From an uncultured delta proteobacterium (lineage in GTDB: Bacteria; Desulfobacterota; Desulfomonilia; UBA1062), in the NCBI GenBank assembly GCA_963785235.1, contig CAWAUM010000001.1, positions 480,001-544,000 on the forward strand: a stretch of 64,000 nucleotides of DNA. The letters are read 5' to 3'. This document shows, piece after piece, positions 21,155 to 34,144 of this stretch. A model generated the notes under the pieces. That model made no database searches and was not told where the DNA came from. It saw only the letters and a program-made list of their open reading frames with translations. The translations under genes and the position numbers were made by a program. Numbering within the stretch: the first letter of the stretch is position 1; every line of letters begins with the position of its first letter.

Positions 21155-22071
21155 CGAATATCCTTCACTTCAACCTGGAACGATGACCCTTCCTGGGCGG
21201 GTTTTCCAAAAAACGCCACGGCAAATGGTATATCGTTGGCAGGAAGTGTTGATCCAGGAGAAGACGGATCAGAGGTGAGAAGTGCGTCGATATCCTTCTG
21301 AGGTTGTTTGATGAATTCGCTCGTATCAGGAACGATGCCAGCATAGGCAAGGCGGGATTCGATGAGCTTGCCGCCCTTGTCATATACCCGGGCCTCGACC
21401 ATTACCGATTCCACAGGTTTGGTTGAAATCTTTTTTATATTGCCTTTGATAACCAGCACGCTGCCCTCCTGTTCGTGGGTGAGCATCTCGTAAATGAGTT
21501 TCTGTTCATCAATGGTGAAGAATGGGCCCTTTTGTATAGGTGCTTGGACAATATCCGGTTTCACCTGTCCGAAGAAGCCGATCTTATCCCTTAATAACCA
21601 CAAGGAAGATAATGCTACTACGAAAAGGCAGATAATAAGGATAACGATTTTCAGCGGGCTCTTTTTTTTAGGCTCCTCGTCGACTGGTTCCTCTTCCTCT
21701 TCAAGTGCTTGAGAACCTGTCCCAAGGATCGAGTCGATTTCCCGTATGACTGATTCCGGGGCTGCTTGTTCTTCTTTCGATTCCGGCTCAGGTGATTTAT
21801 CATCTTCAGAGGTCTCGATAATCTCCATAGAGGCATCTTCAAAGACAGTATCCTGTGCCACAGGGGGTTCAGCTATTGCTGGAGTCTCCTGTGCAGGTGT
21901 GGAACTCAGGAGCATGTCAAATTCCTTTTCCAGGGAGACCTCGTCGGGTTCAATGGTGTAAGAAAATATATGCTGGCAGATACTGCAGCGCATCTTAATG
22001 GTGTCCTGGATAAGTCCTTCTCCGGAGAACCTGAATTTACTGTGACAGCTGGGGCAATTAACAATAATCAC
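21145..22071 (-). CDS. Zinc-ribbon (MJ0042-like) / DUF3426-type membrane protein
   Basis: N-terminal CPSC...CSIC, acidic linker, single TM helix, C-terminal domain. Confidence 0.75.
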   Translation of the reverse strand: MIIVNCPSCHSKFRFSGEGLIQDTIKMRCSICQHIFSYTIEPDEVSLEKEFDMLLSSTPAQETPAIAEPPVAQDTVFEDASMEIIETSEDDKSPEPESKEEQAAPESVIREIDSILGTGSQALEEEEEPVDEEPKKKSPLKIVILIICLFVVALSSLWLLRDKIGFFGQVKPDIVQAPIQKGPFFTIDEQKLIYEMLTHEQEGSVLVIKGNIKKISTKPVESVMVEARVYDKGGKLIESRLAYAGIVPDTSEFIKQPQKDIDALLTSDPSSPGSTLPANDIPFAVAFFGKPAQEGSSFQVEVKDIRWK

Positions 22072-22625
22072 AAGAGGTTCCTCCTGTCTTCGGCATCGAG
22101 TATGTACAACTGCGGCAATGCCCGGTAGTTCTCTGCGAAATCCAAGCCGTAACCAACGACAAACCCTTCGGTGATGCGGAAACCGTAGTAGTCGGGCGAT
22201 ATGGAGGCTTCCCTCCGCTGCGCCTTGTCTATCATCGTGCAGATCTTGACCGAGGCCGGTCCTTTTTCCTCAAGGTGTTTTTTAAATGCAAACAGGCTAT
22301 GTCCGGTGTCCATAATGTCATCGACAATAAGCACATGTTTGCCTGTTATTGATTCATGGATATCATCCACGATCATGACATCCCCCACTGGGCTGTCGGC
22401 ATTTGCATAACTGGAAAGTCTTACGAAATCGATTTTTACAGGGAGATTGATCCGGCGGACAAGGTCGGACATGAACATGAATCCACCTTTTAAGACGCCT
22501 ATGATGAACACCTCACTACCCTGATATGCCAACGAGATTCTATCTCCGAGTTCCGCGACCTTCTGCGCAATCTCGTCTGCGGTATAGAGCACTCTCATGG
22601 CCTGATCTATAACGTATCGCTGCAT
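22068..22625 (-). CDS. hpt: Hypoxanthine phosphoribosyltransferase
   Basis: GVLKGGFMFMSDL, VLIVDDIMDTG, FVVGYGLDFAE. True start is at 22625 or 22598, not at the long ORF start. Confidence 0.93.
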   Translation of the reverse strand: MQRYVIDQAMRVLYTADEIAQKVAELGDRISLAYQGSEVFIIGVLKGGFMFMSDLVRRINLPVKIDFVRLSSYANADSPVGDVMIVDDIHESITGKHVLIVDDIMDTGHSLFAFKKHLEEKGPASVKICTMIDKAQRREASISPDYYGFRITEGFVVGYGLDFAENYRALPQLYILDAEDRRNLL

Positions 22626-22835
22626 GGGTGTCAACGTAGTGTTGGCTTCCTTGTGTAATATCCTTCGTTGTATCTGTGCATGATGGTATAAGATATTTAG
22701 TGAATGAAAGGGTATAGACTTTTGACAAAGATTGGGGTAAAAATTAAATATTGACCGGAGTGCAAAAGTGTCATTTCTTGGGTTGTATTGATTCAATATG
22801 GAATAGCAAGTCATTTTCTGGGGGTGCATAAGGCT

Positions 22836-23144
22836 ATGTCGGAACTGAGAACACATAAACGTGTCAGAGTGAACATGAAGGTCGCATATCGCAATAATGA
22901 CCAGGTCTATAAGATGGGTCGGGTCTATGATATCAGCAAGGGTGGCATGTATGTCCAGACCTCGAATAATCCTGATGTAGACGGATATGTGATCGCCAGT
23001 CTCGATGCCGAGGCATTCGGCAAAGTTATATGGGTGCAAGGCAGTGTCGTCTGGAAAACCCGCACCGGCATGGCTATCAAGTTTACGAATGCCGATGAAA
23101 AAGGGCTGAAGAACCTTCTGTCCTACCGGAGCGTGCCGTTCTAA
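22836..23144 (+). CDS. PilZ domain protein
   Basis: RxxxR (ELRTHKR) and DISKGG motifs. Confidence 0.85.
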   Translation: MSELRTHKRVRVNMKVAYRNNDQVYKMGRVYDISKGGMYVQTSNNPDVDGYVIASLDAEAFGKVIWVQGSVVWKTRTGMAIKFTNADEKGLKNLLSYRSVPF

Positions 23145-23208
23145 AGACCCTTCCTAAAGCCTTCATGAATGGAGGTGTCAATATGAGCTGTCGAGTCCTT
23201 TAAAGCGG

Positions 23209-24237
23209 TTATCTCTTGCCGGTTACAGTGTTACCTCTTTCTACCTGCTCCTTGGATTCGACCAGAAGGCCCATAGAGGTATTCTCAAGGGTTTGCAGGA
23301 CAAGCACCAGACTGATATATTCATGGAACACCGCTACCTGTTCCTTTTCCTCAGAGCCCTCGATTCTGGTTGTTTTCGCTATGTTCAAGACCGAACCGAC
23401 TCCCACACCCTGGCTTTTACCGGCATTAATAAAGACCAGGTCGTCGTTGCTGCCGCCGGATATGCCGCCATAGATGTCAATGATCTTTGCCGGTGCGTTC
23501 AGGGTTGGCTCTGATACTGTCAGCATCAAGGGTTTGACTGAGGCGAGGTCATCCAAGATCACGCTCCCGACTTTTGCCTCCTGGAGGGAGTAGTTTATGC
23601 GGGCCTTTACGATGTCGGACTGAACCTCTTCAACCACTGCGGTGGCAACCGCCTTATAGAGGAAGCCCCCCGGGAGGAAGCCCCCCGGATTGAGGAAGCC
23701 CTTCGGAATTTCGCCATTTTTGATATCCTGGATCTTGGAGATAATGGTGATCGCCTGATTCGGTTTCAACTCCGATGTTGTTTTGAGGATAATATGATCG
23801 TTCTGGCAGATAAGGTCTCCACCCTCGATCTTTTTTAAGATCACCCCGGATCCGGAAAGGATATTGGGGCTGTAGATATAAGTGGAAAGTTGCGGAGAGA
23901 CCAAAATGGATTTTCCCTTAACCGCCGCGGCTTCGTCAATCGTCATTTTGGATTCGGTGCCCCCCCGGTCAGGAGAAGGGATGATTTTGATAATGGTCTT
24001 TCCACCTTCGCTGGTGATTACTACGATATCACCTGGGTAAATAAGGTGCGGATTTGTGATGTCCTGGTTATTAGCCCAGACAAGGGGCCATTTCCATGGT
24101 GTCTTCAAATATTTCATGGAGATGTCCCATATGGTGTCCCCTTTGACTACGGTGTGCTTTATCTCATCTGCTGAGCAGGGACTGATCAAGACAAGAAACA
24201 AAAAAAGGCCCATCATAATGAGAGCGTGTTTTTTCAA
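23209..24237 (-). CDS. Exported LysM peptidoglycan-binding protein (TsaP-like)
   Basis: Signal peptide followed by HTVVKGDTIWDIS...WKWP...ITNPHLIYPGD. Confidence 0.85.
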   Translation of the reverse strand: MKKHALIMMGLFLFLVLISPCSADEIKHTVVKGDTIWDISMKYLKTPWKWPLVWANNQDITNPHLIYPGDIVVITSEGGKTIIKIIPSPDRGGTESKMTIDEAAAVKGKSILVSPQLSTYIYSPNILSGSGVILKKIEGGDLICQNDHIILKTTSELKPNQAITIISKIQDIKNGEIPKGFLNPGGFLPGGFLYKAVATAVVEEVQSDIVKARINYSLQEAKVGSVILDDLASVKPLMLTVSEPTLNAPAKIIDIYGGISGGSNDDLVFINAGKSQGVGVGSVLNIAKTTRIEGSEEKEQVAVFHEYISLVLVLQTLENTSMGLLVESKEQVERGNTVTGKR

Positions 24238-24360
24238 AGCGGGTCCTCCTTTAAGTTCTGAAATCCAGGCACCTTATCTTTGTTTTCTTGTATCGGAGAA
24301 GTCAAGGATATTCTTGAATCTTAATTGCATTACGTAAACCTTTGGATTACAGTAACCATT

Positions 24361-24783
24361 ATGTCATCAGGCGATATCTATAGTCAGGCACACCTCTTCG
24401 TGGCTGCCACCAGGGTATTCGAACACCTCAACCATCAGCCCGCCTCCTTGAAGGGGCTGAAGGATCTTTTGCAGGTTTCGGAAGAGGAACTCTCCCGCAT
24501 ATCAAGGAAGCTTGAGGAAGCCGGTGCCATAAATGTCATCATGAGTGGGGGGGAGGCCAGATTCACCATACGGGATCATACGAAGATCGAGGAGTTCCCT
24601 AGGTCAATAGAAGCGCCCAAAATGGAAGAAGAGATCTCCCAGTTCAAGACAAAGCAAGAGTTGCGCCTGAAAGAGATCGAGCAGTCCATGGCAAAAAAGG
24701 GCGACAAGAGCAGCATCTTTTCGGAACTTGAAAAGGCACTCAAAGATCCATCTTCAGTCAAAAAGAAAAACCCCCTCGATTAA
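24361..24783 (+). CDS. Hypothetical protein (winged-helix-like N-terminus)
   Basis: Clean ORF; LKDLLQVSEEELSRISRKLEEAGAI pattern. Confidence 0.65.
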   Translation: MSSGDIYSQAHLFVAATRVFEHLNHQPASLKGLKDLLQVSEEELSRISRKLEEAGAINVIMSGGEARFTIRDHTKIEEFPRSIEAPKMEEEISQFKTKQELRLKEIEQSMAKKGDKSSIFSELEKALKDPSSVKKKNPLD

Positions 24784-24921
24784 ATCGATTAGATATCTTG
24801 AAGATCCTGATTACCAGAGGTTTTCGGGGTGCCTATTATGATCTTGTGTTTTGCCGGCCTCTATTGTATAGGAACGCAACTTAATCAGGAATACGGAACG
24901 ACGGATGGGGGGAAGGAAGCC

Positions 24922-26752
24922 ATGTATAGCGTAGACGAAACAAAAAATGAGCAGGAGAACACCGCTTCAACAAAGGAGGATCTCGTCGAAACCAAGACCG
25001 GCGGTCTTGAGACTGAGAGCACCAATTTTGAGGCCCTTTACGAGGGAACATTCGACAAGCGCATCACGCCTGGTTCGGTTGTGACAGGTACGGTTGTTCA
25101 GATAAGCTCGGACCATATCATGATCGATATCGGGAGAAAGATAGACGGACAGGCGCCCATAAGCGAGTTCATCGGTGATGACGGTGAGATCACCACTGCA
25201 GTCGGCCAGGAGGTCGAGGTTCTTGTTGAGAGCATAAACGCTTCCAGGGGCGTCATCAGGCTGAGCAAGGAAAAGGCTAAGCGCCTTAAGGTCTGGGATG
25301 ATATCGTTAATGCATATCAGGATAACACCTATCTGAGGGGCAAGGTCACCGAGAGGATCAAAGGCGGTCTCATTGTGGATATCGGCCTGCGGTGCATTCC
25401 TGCCGAGTTCCCAGGCCACGGTCAATCCCGTGAGCGAGGCCGATCTTGAAAAGATGATCGGCCAGGGCATTGATGTTGCCATCATCAAGTTCAACAGGAA
25501 AAAGAACAATGTTGTGGTCAGCCATCGTGAGGTGCTGGAAAAGCAGAGGGAAGAGAGCAAGAAGCACCTTCTCACTACCTTGGCCAAGGGCGACGTGGTA
25601 ACGGGCAGGGTCAAGAACATTATGAGCTATGGGGCCTTTGTGGATATCGGTGGTATTGATGGACTCCTTCATATCACCGACATGTCATGGGGCAAGCTCA
25701 AGGACCCCAAAGAAAAGGTAGCTTCCGGCCAGGAGATAAAAATTAAGGTTCTTGAATACGATCCTGCTACGGAGAAGATCTCACTGGGACTCAAGCAGCT
25801 CACGACTGATCCCTGGGAGGGATTGGAATATCGGTACCCCATAGGCAAGAAGATCTCCGGCAAGGTGACCTCGGTGACCAATTATGGTGCATTCGTAGAG
25901 GTTGAAGAGGGGGTCGAGGGGCTTGTCCACATCTCCGAGATGTTCTGGACCAAGCGCATGAGGCATCCCTCCTCGGTACTTGATGAAGGGCAGACCGTGG
26001 ATGTGGTCGTTCTGGGTGTGGATCAGGCGGGGCGGCGCATTTCGCTAGGTCTGAAACAGACAATGCCCAATCCCTGGAGACAGATCCAGGAGTTTTATCC
26101 CGAAGGCACGGTTGTGGATGCCACAGTCAAGAACGTTACCGATTTCGGGCTGTTTGTGAGTATCGATGACACGATTGATGTTGATGGTCTTATCCATGTA
26201 TCCGATCTCACCTGGGACCCCAAGATCAAGAACCCGCGTGAGCTCTACAAGAAGGGCGATGTAGTCAACGCCAAGGTTCTGGCCATTGATCCTGAAAATG
26301 AGAAGTTTTCGCTGGGCATCAAACAGCTCCAGCCCGATCCATGGCATCAGATAGCCCTGGAACACCCGGTGGGCAGCACCATTAAAGGAAAGATCACCTC
26401 ATTGACCGATTTCGGCGCCTTTGTCGAGATAAAGCCGGGCATTGAGGGTATGATACATATCTCCGAGGTCAGCAGCGATAAGATCGATTCACTCGCAGAA
26501 GTCCTTGAAATAGGCCAGGAGGTGGAGGCCGTGGTCTTGAGGATCAGCCCTGAGAACAAGAAGATAGGACTCTCCATCAAGGCCATTACTGAGGCGCACC
26601 ACAAGAAGGCTGCCCCGGTTCAAGAGAGCAAGCCCTCTGACAATAAGGTGGGCACCAACCTTGGCGACCTGATCAAGGGCCTGCGGGATTCCAAAACAGA
26701 AGGGCTAGCAGCCATCCGTAGTCGGAATAGGGGCAATACCTCAGTAAAATGA
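24922..26752 (+). CDS. rpsA: 30S ribosomal protein S1; frameshifted near 25388
   Basis: Repeated S1 domains (YGAFVDIGGIDGLLHITDMSW, YGAFVEVEEGVEGLVHISE, FGAFVEIKPGIEGMIHISE). Confidence 0.95.
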
Positions 26753-26861
26753 GGTACTTTGCCCTTATAGATAAGATGAAAGATATTCTATATACTCTGA
26801 CGGTAGGTATAGTTTTACTGCAACAGGTGTTTTAAACCCGGGGTTCGAAACCGCTAACGCC

Positions 26862-27738
26862 ATGAAACGAAGAACCAAATGGATACTCTATATCCTGATT
26901 GCCATAGGTGCAGTAGCCTGGGGGTTCGATGCAGTAAGGACATCCATGAAGCCTGCCATCGGCATCATGGATGTGGATGGTATCATAACCGAATCCATGC
27001 CCTATCTGGATACCATCAAACAGTTCAGCGATGATGATAACATCAAGGCGGTCGTTGTGCGCCTGGATAGTCCCGGCGGCAAGGTAGGGCCCTCACAGGA
27101 GATCTACAGCTCTTTATTAAAGCTGAAAAAGAAAAAACCCGTTGTCGCATCGTTCGGTGCATTGGGCGCATCAGGCGCTTATTACATTGCCTGTGCCTGT
27201 GATACCATTTATGCCCTGCCCGGGACCATGACCGGCAGCATCGGCGTAATCATGGAATTCTTCGATGCCAGCGAGGGTCTTAAAAGGCTCGGGGTGACGC
27301 CTAACAGCATAACCGCAGGCACCCTGAAGGATGCAGGCTCCCCTTTCAAACCCATGTCCGATCGGGAGAAGGACTATTTTAAAGCCCTGGTGGATGATGT
27401 CCATCTCCAGTTCATCGAGGCGGTATGCCTCAGGCAGGAAGCTGAAAATGGAGACGGTCGGGCAACTCGCGGACGGCAGGGTGTTCACCGGAAGGCAGGC
27501 ACGCACCGTAGGGCTGGTTGATAAGATAGGCGGGCTCGAAGATGCAATGGATGAGGCAAAGAAGAGGGCGCGCATTACCGGTGAACCTCGTATCATAAGG
27601 CCTGAAGGTCAGGAAGGCATCTGGGACCTGCTGAAGAAGATCCTCCCGTGGAGCAGTACACCGCTGCCGTTACGGGGAGATCTTTCTCAGGGTTTAGGCC
27701 TGGCGCGGCCGGTTCGCCTTGATTACAGCATCCAGTAA
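26862..27738 (+). CDS. sppA: Signal peptide peptidase SppA (S49); frameshifted near 27425
   Basis: RLDSPGG, GASGAYYIAC, TGSIGV, DGRVFTGRQA, GLVDKIG. Confidence 0.9.
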
Positions 27739-29217
<1,479 letters not shown>

Positions 29218-29225
29218 GACTTAAG

Positions 29226-32200
29226 ATGGGATTCGTCCATCTCCACTGCCACACCCAGTACAGCCTCTTGGATGGGGCCATCAGGATCGACGATCTCATA
29301 AAAACCACCAAGGACTTCGGCCAGGAAGCAGTGGCCATTACCGATCACGGCGTCATGTACGGCGCGTTGGAGTTTTACGACAAGGCCATCAAGGCTGGCA
29401 TAAAGCCCATTATCGGCTGCGAGGTATATGTCAGCCCGGGCGATATGGAAAGCCGCGAACTCATCCCCGGCATGCCGAAACACTATCACCTCATCTTACT
29501 GGCAAAGGATAACCAGGGCTATAGTAACCTCATGAAGCTAACCTCGCTTGGGCATACCAAGGGTTTCTACTACAAGCCCAGGGTGGACAGGCGTACCCTT
29601 GCGGAGTTGAGTGGAGGATTAATCGGACTCTCCGCCTGTCTTCAGGGTGAGATCCCTTACTGGCTGCTCCGCGACCAAGAGGACAGGGCGCAAGAGGCCC
29701 TGGATTTCTACCGAAAGGTCTTTGACGGCCGGTTTTACCTTGAGATTCAGCACAACCAACTACCCGATCAGGATAAGGTCAATCCATTAATCGTAGACCT
29801 GGGCAGGCGTAATAGTGTACCGGTGGCGGCCACAAACGACTGCCATTACCTCAAGAGCTCTGATGCCAAGGCCCATGAGGCCCTTCTGTGCATCCAGACC
29901 CAGAGCACCATCCATGACAAGGGGCGGATGAGTTTCGAGACCGACCAGCTCTATCTCAAGAGTCCCGACGAAATGGCAAGGAGCTTTTCGTGGGTCCCCG
30001 AGGCAGTGGATGTTACGTCCGAAATCGCCGGCCTCTGTAATGTTGAAATCCCCAAGGATGTCTTTTGTTTCCCGGTTTATCCCACAGGGGCTGATAAAAG
30101 CCTGGAGCAGGTCATTGATGAAAAGTCCTGGGAAGGGCTCAAGGCGAGGATGGGGGAGAGTATCCCCGAGGGCTATTCTGAAAGGCTCGCAGAAGAGCTC
30201 GAAATCATCAAATCCATGGGGTTTGCCGGTTACTTCCTTATTGTGGCTGATTATATCCAGTATGCCAAGGACCATGATATCCCGGTAGGGCCTGGCCGTG
30301 GCAGCGCCGCAGGGTCGCTGGCCGCCTACAGCCTCAAGATCACGGACATCGACCCCATAAGGTGGAACCTCCTGTTCGAGCGGTTCTTAAACCCTGAGCG
30401 CAGGAGCATGCCGGATATCGATGTGGACTTCTGCCAGAACCGCAGGGATGAGGTAATCGAGTACGTCAAGAACCGGTACGGCCCTGAATACGTGAGCCAG
30501 ATCACCACGTTCGGCAACATGAAGGCAAAGGCCGTCATCAGGGACGTGGGACGGGTCTTGGGCATGGGATATTCCGAGGTGGACAAGATCGCCAAGCTCA
30601 TCCCGACCGACCTGAACATCACCCTCGAGCAGGCCGTTGCGGCTGAGCCGAGACTGAAAGAGCTTGTGGACACGGACCCGGCGGTTGCCCAGCTCATAGA
30701 GATAGCCAAGGCACTGGAGGGCTTAAGCAGGCACGCCTCGGTACATGCGGGCGGTGTAATCATCTCGGATGACAGGCCTCTTACCGATCATGTGCCTGTG
30801 TATGTCGACAAAAAGGGCATGCTCATCAGCCAGTACGACATGAAGCGCATCGAGAGGGTAGGACTCATCAAGTTTGATATGCTGGGCCTCAAGACGCTGA
30901 CGGTAATCCAGAAAACCATCGAGATTCTGCGCTCGCAAGGCATTAACCTTGATATCACCGGTATCCCTCTCGATGACAGGTTAACCTACCAACTCATAAG
31001 CGATGGTGATACATCGAGTGTGTTCCAGCTTGAAAGCTCCGGCATGAAGGGTATGCTCAGGCAGCTCAAGCCGGACAAGTTCGAGGATATCATCGCTGCA
31101 GTGGCGCTGTACCGTCCGGGACCCATGGACCTTATCCCTTCCTATGTAGACCGCAGGCACGAAAGGCAGGTCATCGACTATCACCACCCTCTGCTGGAAA
31201 AGATCCTGAAAGAGACTTACGGTATCATCGTCTATCAGGAGCAGGTTATGCAGATCGCCCAGGAGATGGCCGGCTACTCGCTCGGCAAGGCCGACCTTCT
31301 GAGGCGGGCCATGGGCAAGAAGATCCGCGAAGAGATGGCCAAGCAGCGCGAGATCTTCACCGAAGGCGCTGTGGAGCGCGGTGTGGACAGGGACAAGGCC
31401 GTCGAGATCTTCGATCTCATGGAAAAGTTCGCAGATTACGGGTTCAACAAGTCCCATGCAGCGGCATACGCCCTGGTGGCTTATCAGACAGCCTATCTGA
31501 AGGCGCACCACTTCAAGGAATTCATGGCCGCAAACCTGACGCTGGACCTGAGCAACACGGACAAGGTCTCGCAGCATATTGCCGAATGCAGGAGGCGTGG
31601 TGTAGCAGTACTGCCGCCGGACATCAACGAGAGCAGCTTCGAGTTCGTGGTCACACAAGAGGGCATCCGGTTCGGCCTTGGAGCCATCAAGAACGTGGGC
31701 AGGGGGGCGGTGGAGGGTGTCCTTGCGGAACTTAAGGAGAACGGCCCCTTTAAGGATATCTCCTCGTTCCTGAACAGGATCGCCTTGTCCAAGGTGAACA
31801 GGAGGGTAGTGGAATCATTCATCAAGGCAGGCGCATTCGACAGGCTGCACACAAACCGCAGGGCCATGTTCGAGGTGCTCGATGGCCTTCTTGACCAGGC
31901 CCAGCGATCAGCCCGCAACAGGAATGACGCCCAGTGCACCTTGTTCAGTCTCGAGGAATTTGCGCAAGTTGATATCAGCAAGCCTTTTGTCATGCCCGAC
32001 ATCCCTGACTGGCCTGAGGCTGAAAGGCTGAAGATGGAGAAGGACGGGATGGGGTTCTACCTTACGGGGCATCCGCTGAACAAGTATGCGGACCTCATCG
32101 ACAAGTATGCCACGGCTACAACCTTGACCCTCAAAGATGCACCCAACTCAGTGGTGCTCGCCGGCGTCCTGAGTGCGGTAAACGTGACAAGGACCAAGAA

Positions 32201-32663
32201 AGGTGAGGCAATGGCACGGGGCGTGTTCGAAGACCTTGAGGGGTCAGCCGCGATCCTGTTTTTCCCCCAGTGTTACGGCAAGTATCAGGCATTAATCGCC
32301 TCTGATGAACCGGTTATCATAAAGGCGAGGATCAACCGGGATGAGGAGAACGGTGCTGCAGAGGCGGACTCTTTGAGCCTCGACCTCATTGCCGAAGAGG
32401 TCATGCCGCTCGATGGCGCAGACATGGTGCTGGCAAAGCGTTTAATCGTCCGGGTGCCCTTAACCTTGAAGGGTGAGGCCCTGGGTGCGCTCAAGATGGC
32501 GATTGTGGGCAGCAAAGGGTCGTGTTCGCTTAGTTTTGAGGTGGAAACCGATGCCGCATTCGTCAATATTGACGCAGGCAAGGAATATATGGTCTCTCCG
32601 GTGAGGGATTTCCTCTACAGACTCTCCGAAATCGTGGGGCCAAAGGGGGTTGAACTCCAGTGA
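29226..32663 (+). CDS. dnaE: DNA polymerase III alpha subunit
   Basis: FVHLHCHTQYSLLDG, GPGRGSAAGS, PDIDVDF, GFNKSH. No intein seen. Confidence 0.98.
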   Translation: MGFVHLHCHTQYSLLDGAIRIDDLIKTTKDFGQEAVAITDHGVMYGALEFYDKAIKAGIKPIIGCEVYVSPGDMESRELIPGMPKHYHLILLAKDNQGYSNLMKLTSLGHTKGFYYKPRVDRRTLAELSGGLIGLSACLQGEIPYWLLRDQEDRAQEALDFYRKVFDGRFYLEIQHNQLPDQDKVNPLIVDLGRRNSVPVAATNDCHYLKSSDAKAHEALLCIQTQSTIHDKGRMSFETDQLYLKSPDEMARSFSWVPEAVDVTSEIAGLCNVEIPKDVFCFPVYPTGADKSLEQVIDEKSWEGLKARMGESIPEGYSERLAEELEIIKSMGFAGYFLIVADYIQYAKDHDIPVGPGRGSAAGSLAAYSLKITDIDPIRWNLLFERFLNPERRSMPDIDVDFCQNRRDEVIEYVKNRYGPEYVSQITTFGNMKAKAVIRDVGRVLGMGYSEVDKIAKLIPTDLNITLEQAVAAEPRLKELVDTDPAVAQLIEIAKALEGLSRHASVHAGGVIISDDRPLTDHVPVYVDKKGMLISQYDMKRIERVGLIKFDMLGLKTLTVIQKTIEILRSQGINLDITGIPLDDRLTYQLISDGDTSSVFQLESSGMKGMLRQLKPDKFEDIIAAVALYRPGPMDLIPSYVDRRHERQVIDYHHPLLEKILKETYGIIVYQEQVMQIAQEMAGYSLGKADLLRRAMGKKIREEMAKQREIFTEGAVERGVDRDKAVEIFDLMEKFADYGFNKSHAAAYALVAYQTAYLKAHHFKEFMAANLTLDLSNTDKVSQHIAECRRRGVAVLPPDINESSFEFVVTQEGIRFGLGAIKNVGRGAVEGVLAELKENGPFKDISSFLNRIALSKVNRRVVESFIKAGAFDRLHTNRRAMFEVLDGLLDQAQRSARNRNDAQCTLFSLEEFAQVDISKPFVMPDIPDWPEAERLKMEKDGMGFYLTGHPLNKYADLIDKYATATTLTLKDAPNSVVLAGVLSAVNVTRTKKGEAMARGVFEDLEGSAAILFFPQCYGKYQALIASDEPVIIKARINRDEENGAAEADSLSLDLIAEEVMPLDGADMVLAKRLIVRVPLTLKGEALGALKMAIVGSKGSCSLSFEVETDAAFVNIDAGKEYMVSPVRDFLYRLSEIVGPKGVELQ

Positions 32664-33593
32664 AATCCAAAGAGAAGTTCACCGATATCGATAATGCCTT
32701 AAAAGGGCTGCAGGATACCATATCAAAGCTCGAGGGTGTCGATATCACCGAGATCGAACGCAAGGTGGATGTCTTCAGAAAAGAGCTCTATGAGGGCATT
32801 TCCCGCTGGAGCAGTGTGGAGCTTTCGAGGCATTCGGACCGGCCCGGCATCGATGAGTTCATTCACCACCTCTTCACGGAATTCACCGAGATCAAGGGTG
32901 ACCGTATTTATGAAGACGACCCTGCCGTTTTGGGCGGGCTGGCATTTCTGGACGACATCCCCGTGGTGGTTATCGGCCACAAGAAACGTTCCGAGGGGAA
33001 GAAGGATTACATCCGGTACCACTACGGCATGGCCAGCCCTTCCGGGCATTACAAGGCCATCAAGCTGTTCAAGCTCGCTGAAAAATTCAAAAGGCCCGTG
33101 ATCACCTTTGTGGACACGCCCGGTGCATACCCCGTCCCCGAGGCGGAAGACAGGGGCCAGGCCTTTTCCATTGCCCAGTGCATCCATATGGTTGCCTGCG
33201 TGAAGACCCCGGTAGTGGCATGCATAATCGGTGAGGCGGGATCAGGAGGCGCCCTGGCGCTGGGTTTTGGCGACAAGATCATCATGCTCGAGAACTCTTT
33301 CTACAGCGCCATCAGCCCCGAGGGGTTTTCCTCCATTATCTATGGCGATCCCTCCAAAAAGGAGAAGGCCGCAGAGACCCTGCGGGGCAGCGGCCGGGAC
33401 CTCTTCAGCTATGGTATTGTGGACTATCTCGTCAAGGAACCGACAGGCGGGGCGCACAATGACCCGGCATCGCGTCATCGAGGAGGTTTGTAAGGCAGTG
33501 CGCGGGTATGTGCACGAGCTTATCAAGATGCCCATGGATGAGGTCCTCAAGGCGCGCTCGGCATTCATCCAGAGGCTTCTCCCTCCTTCGTGA
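32660..33593 (+). CDS. accA: Acetyl-CoA carboxylase carboxyltransferase alpha subunit; frameshift near 33470
   Basis: RHSDRP, DTPGAYP, AEDRGQ, IIGEAGSGGAL, YSAISPEG, EPTGGAH; follows dnaE. Confidence 0.88.
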
Positions 33594-33678
33594 AGACATG
33601 GATTATTTTTCCTAACACCCTGGAATAAAGTTCCTGTTCAAGTTGCATCAACACTGTGACGACTGAGGAATTGTGAGA

Positions 33679-33694
33679 TGGCATCTTCCTTGCT
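33679..33694 (+). promoter_or_regulatory. Sigma-54 (-24/-12) promoter
   Basis: TGGCATCTTCCTTGCT = GG-N10-GC, just before the RBS and ATG 33718. Confidence 0.7.
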
Positions 33695-33717
33695 TACAGA
33701 TACTGCAGGAGGCATGT

Positions 33718-34143
33718 ATGAAGATTAATCCTAATATGATCATCGGTTCTGTCGCAGGTGCCCAGATCAAACCGCATGGCGGTTCCAAAGGCGTATTTGA
33801 AGATGTCCTCAAGGGCCTTGAGAGCTCTACGGTGAATATGCAAGGCAAGATTGGGGCACAGTTTCAGATGAACCAGATCAGCCCTGTCAAGCTAAGTGCG
33901 GTCAGCGCCAGTGAAGAAGCCATCGAGCTCCTTGAGAGCTATTCAAAGGCAGTATCCGACCCGAATCTTAACCTCAAGGCCATCTCGCCCATGGTGGACC
34001 GGCTTGAGGCAACGAAGGCCAAGGTTGATAACGCCGCATCGTTCATAGCGGATAACGACCCGCTCAAGGGCATCATGAACGAGGTATCTTCAACCCTGTA
34101 CGGAGAGGTGCTCCGATTCAGGAGGGGTGAGCTCATAGGCTGA
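33718..34143 (+). CDS. Hypothetical protein
   Basis: GGAGG RBS; ORF ends 1 bp before pilD. Confidence 0.7.
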   Translation: MKINPNMIIGSVAGAQIKPHGGSKGVFEDVLKGLESSTVNMQGKIGAQFQMNQISPVKLSAVSASEEAIELLESYSKAVSDPNLNLKAISPMVDRLEATKAKVDNAASFIADNDPLKGIMNEVSSTLYGEVLRFRRGELIG

Positions 34144-34144
34144 T

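Noticed and set aside
22626-23039. N-terminal extension of hpt (and of the acyl-CoA dehydrogenase, 63585-63755) in the ORF track
   Set aside because: The extensions overlap the divergent PilZ gene or promoter regions; homology and RBS position support the shorter starts.
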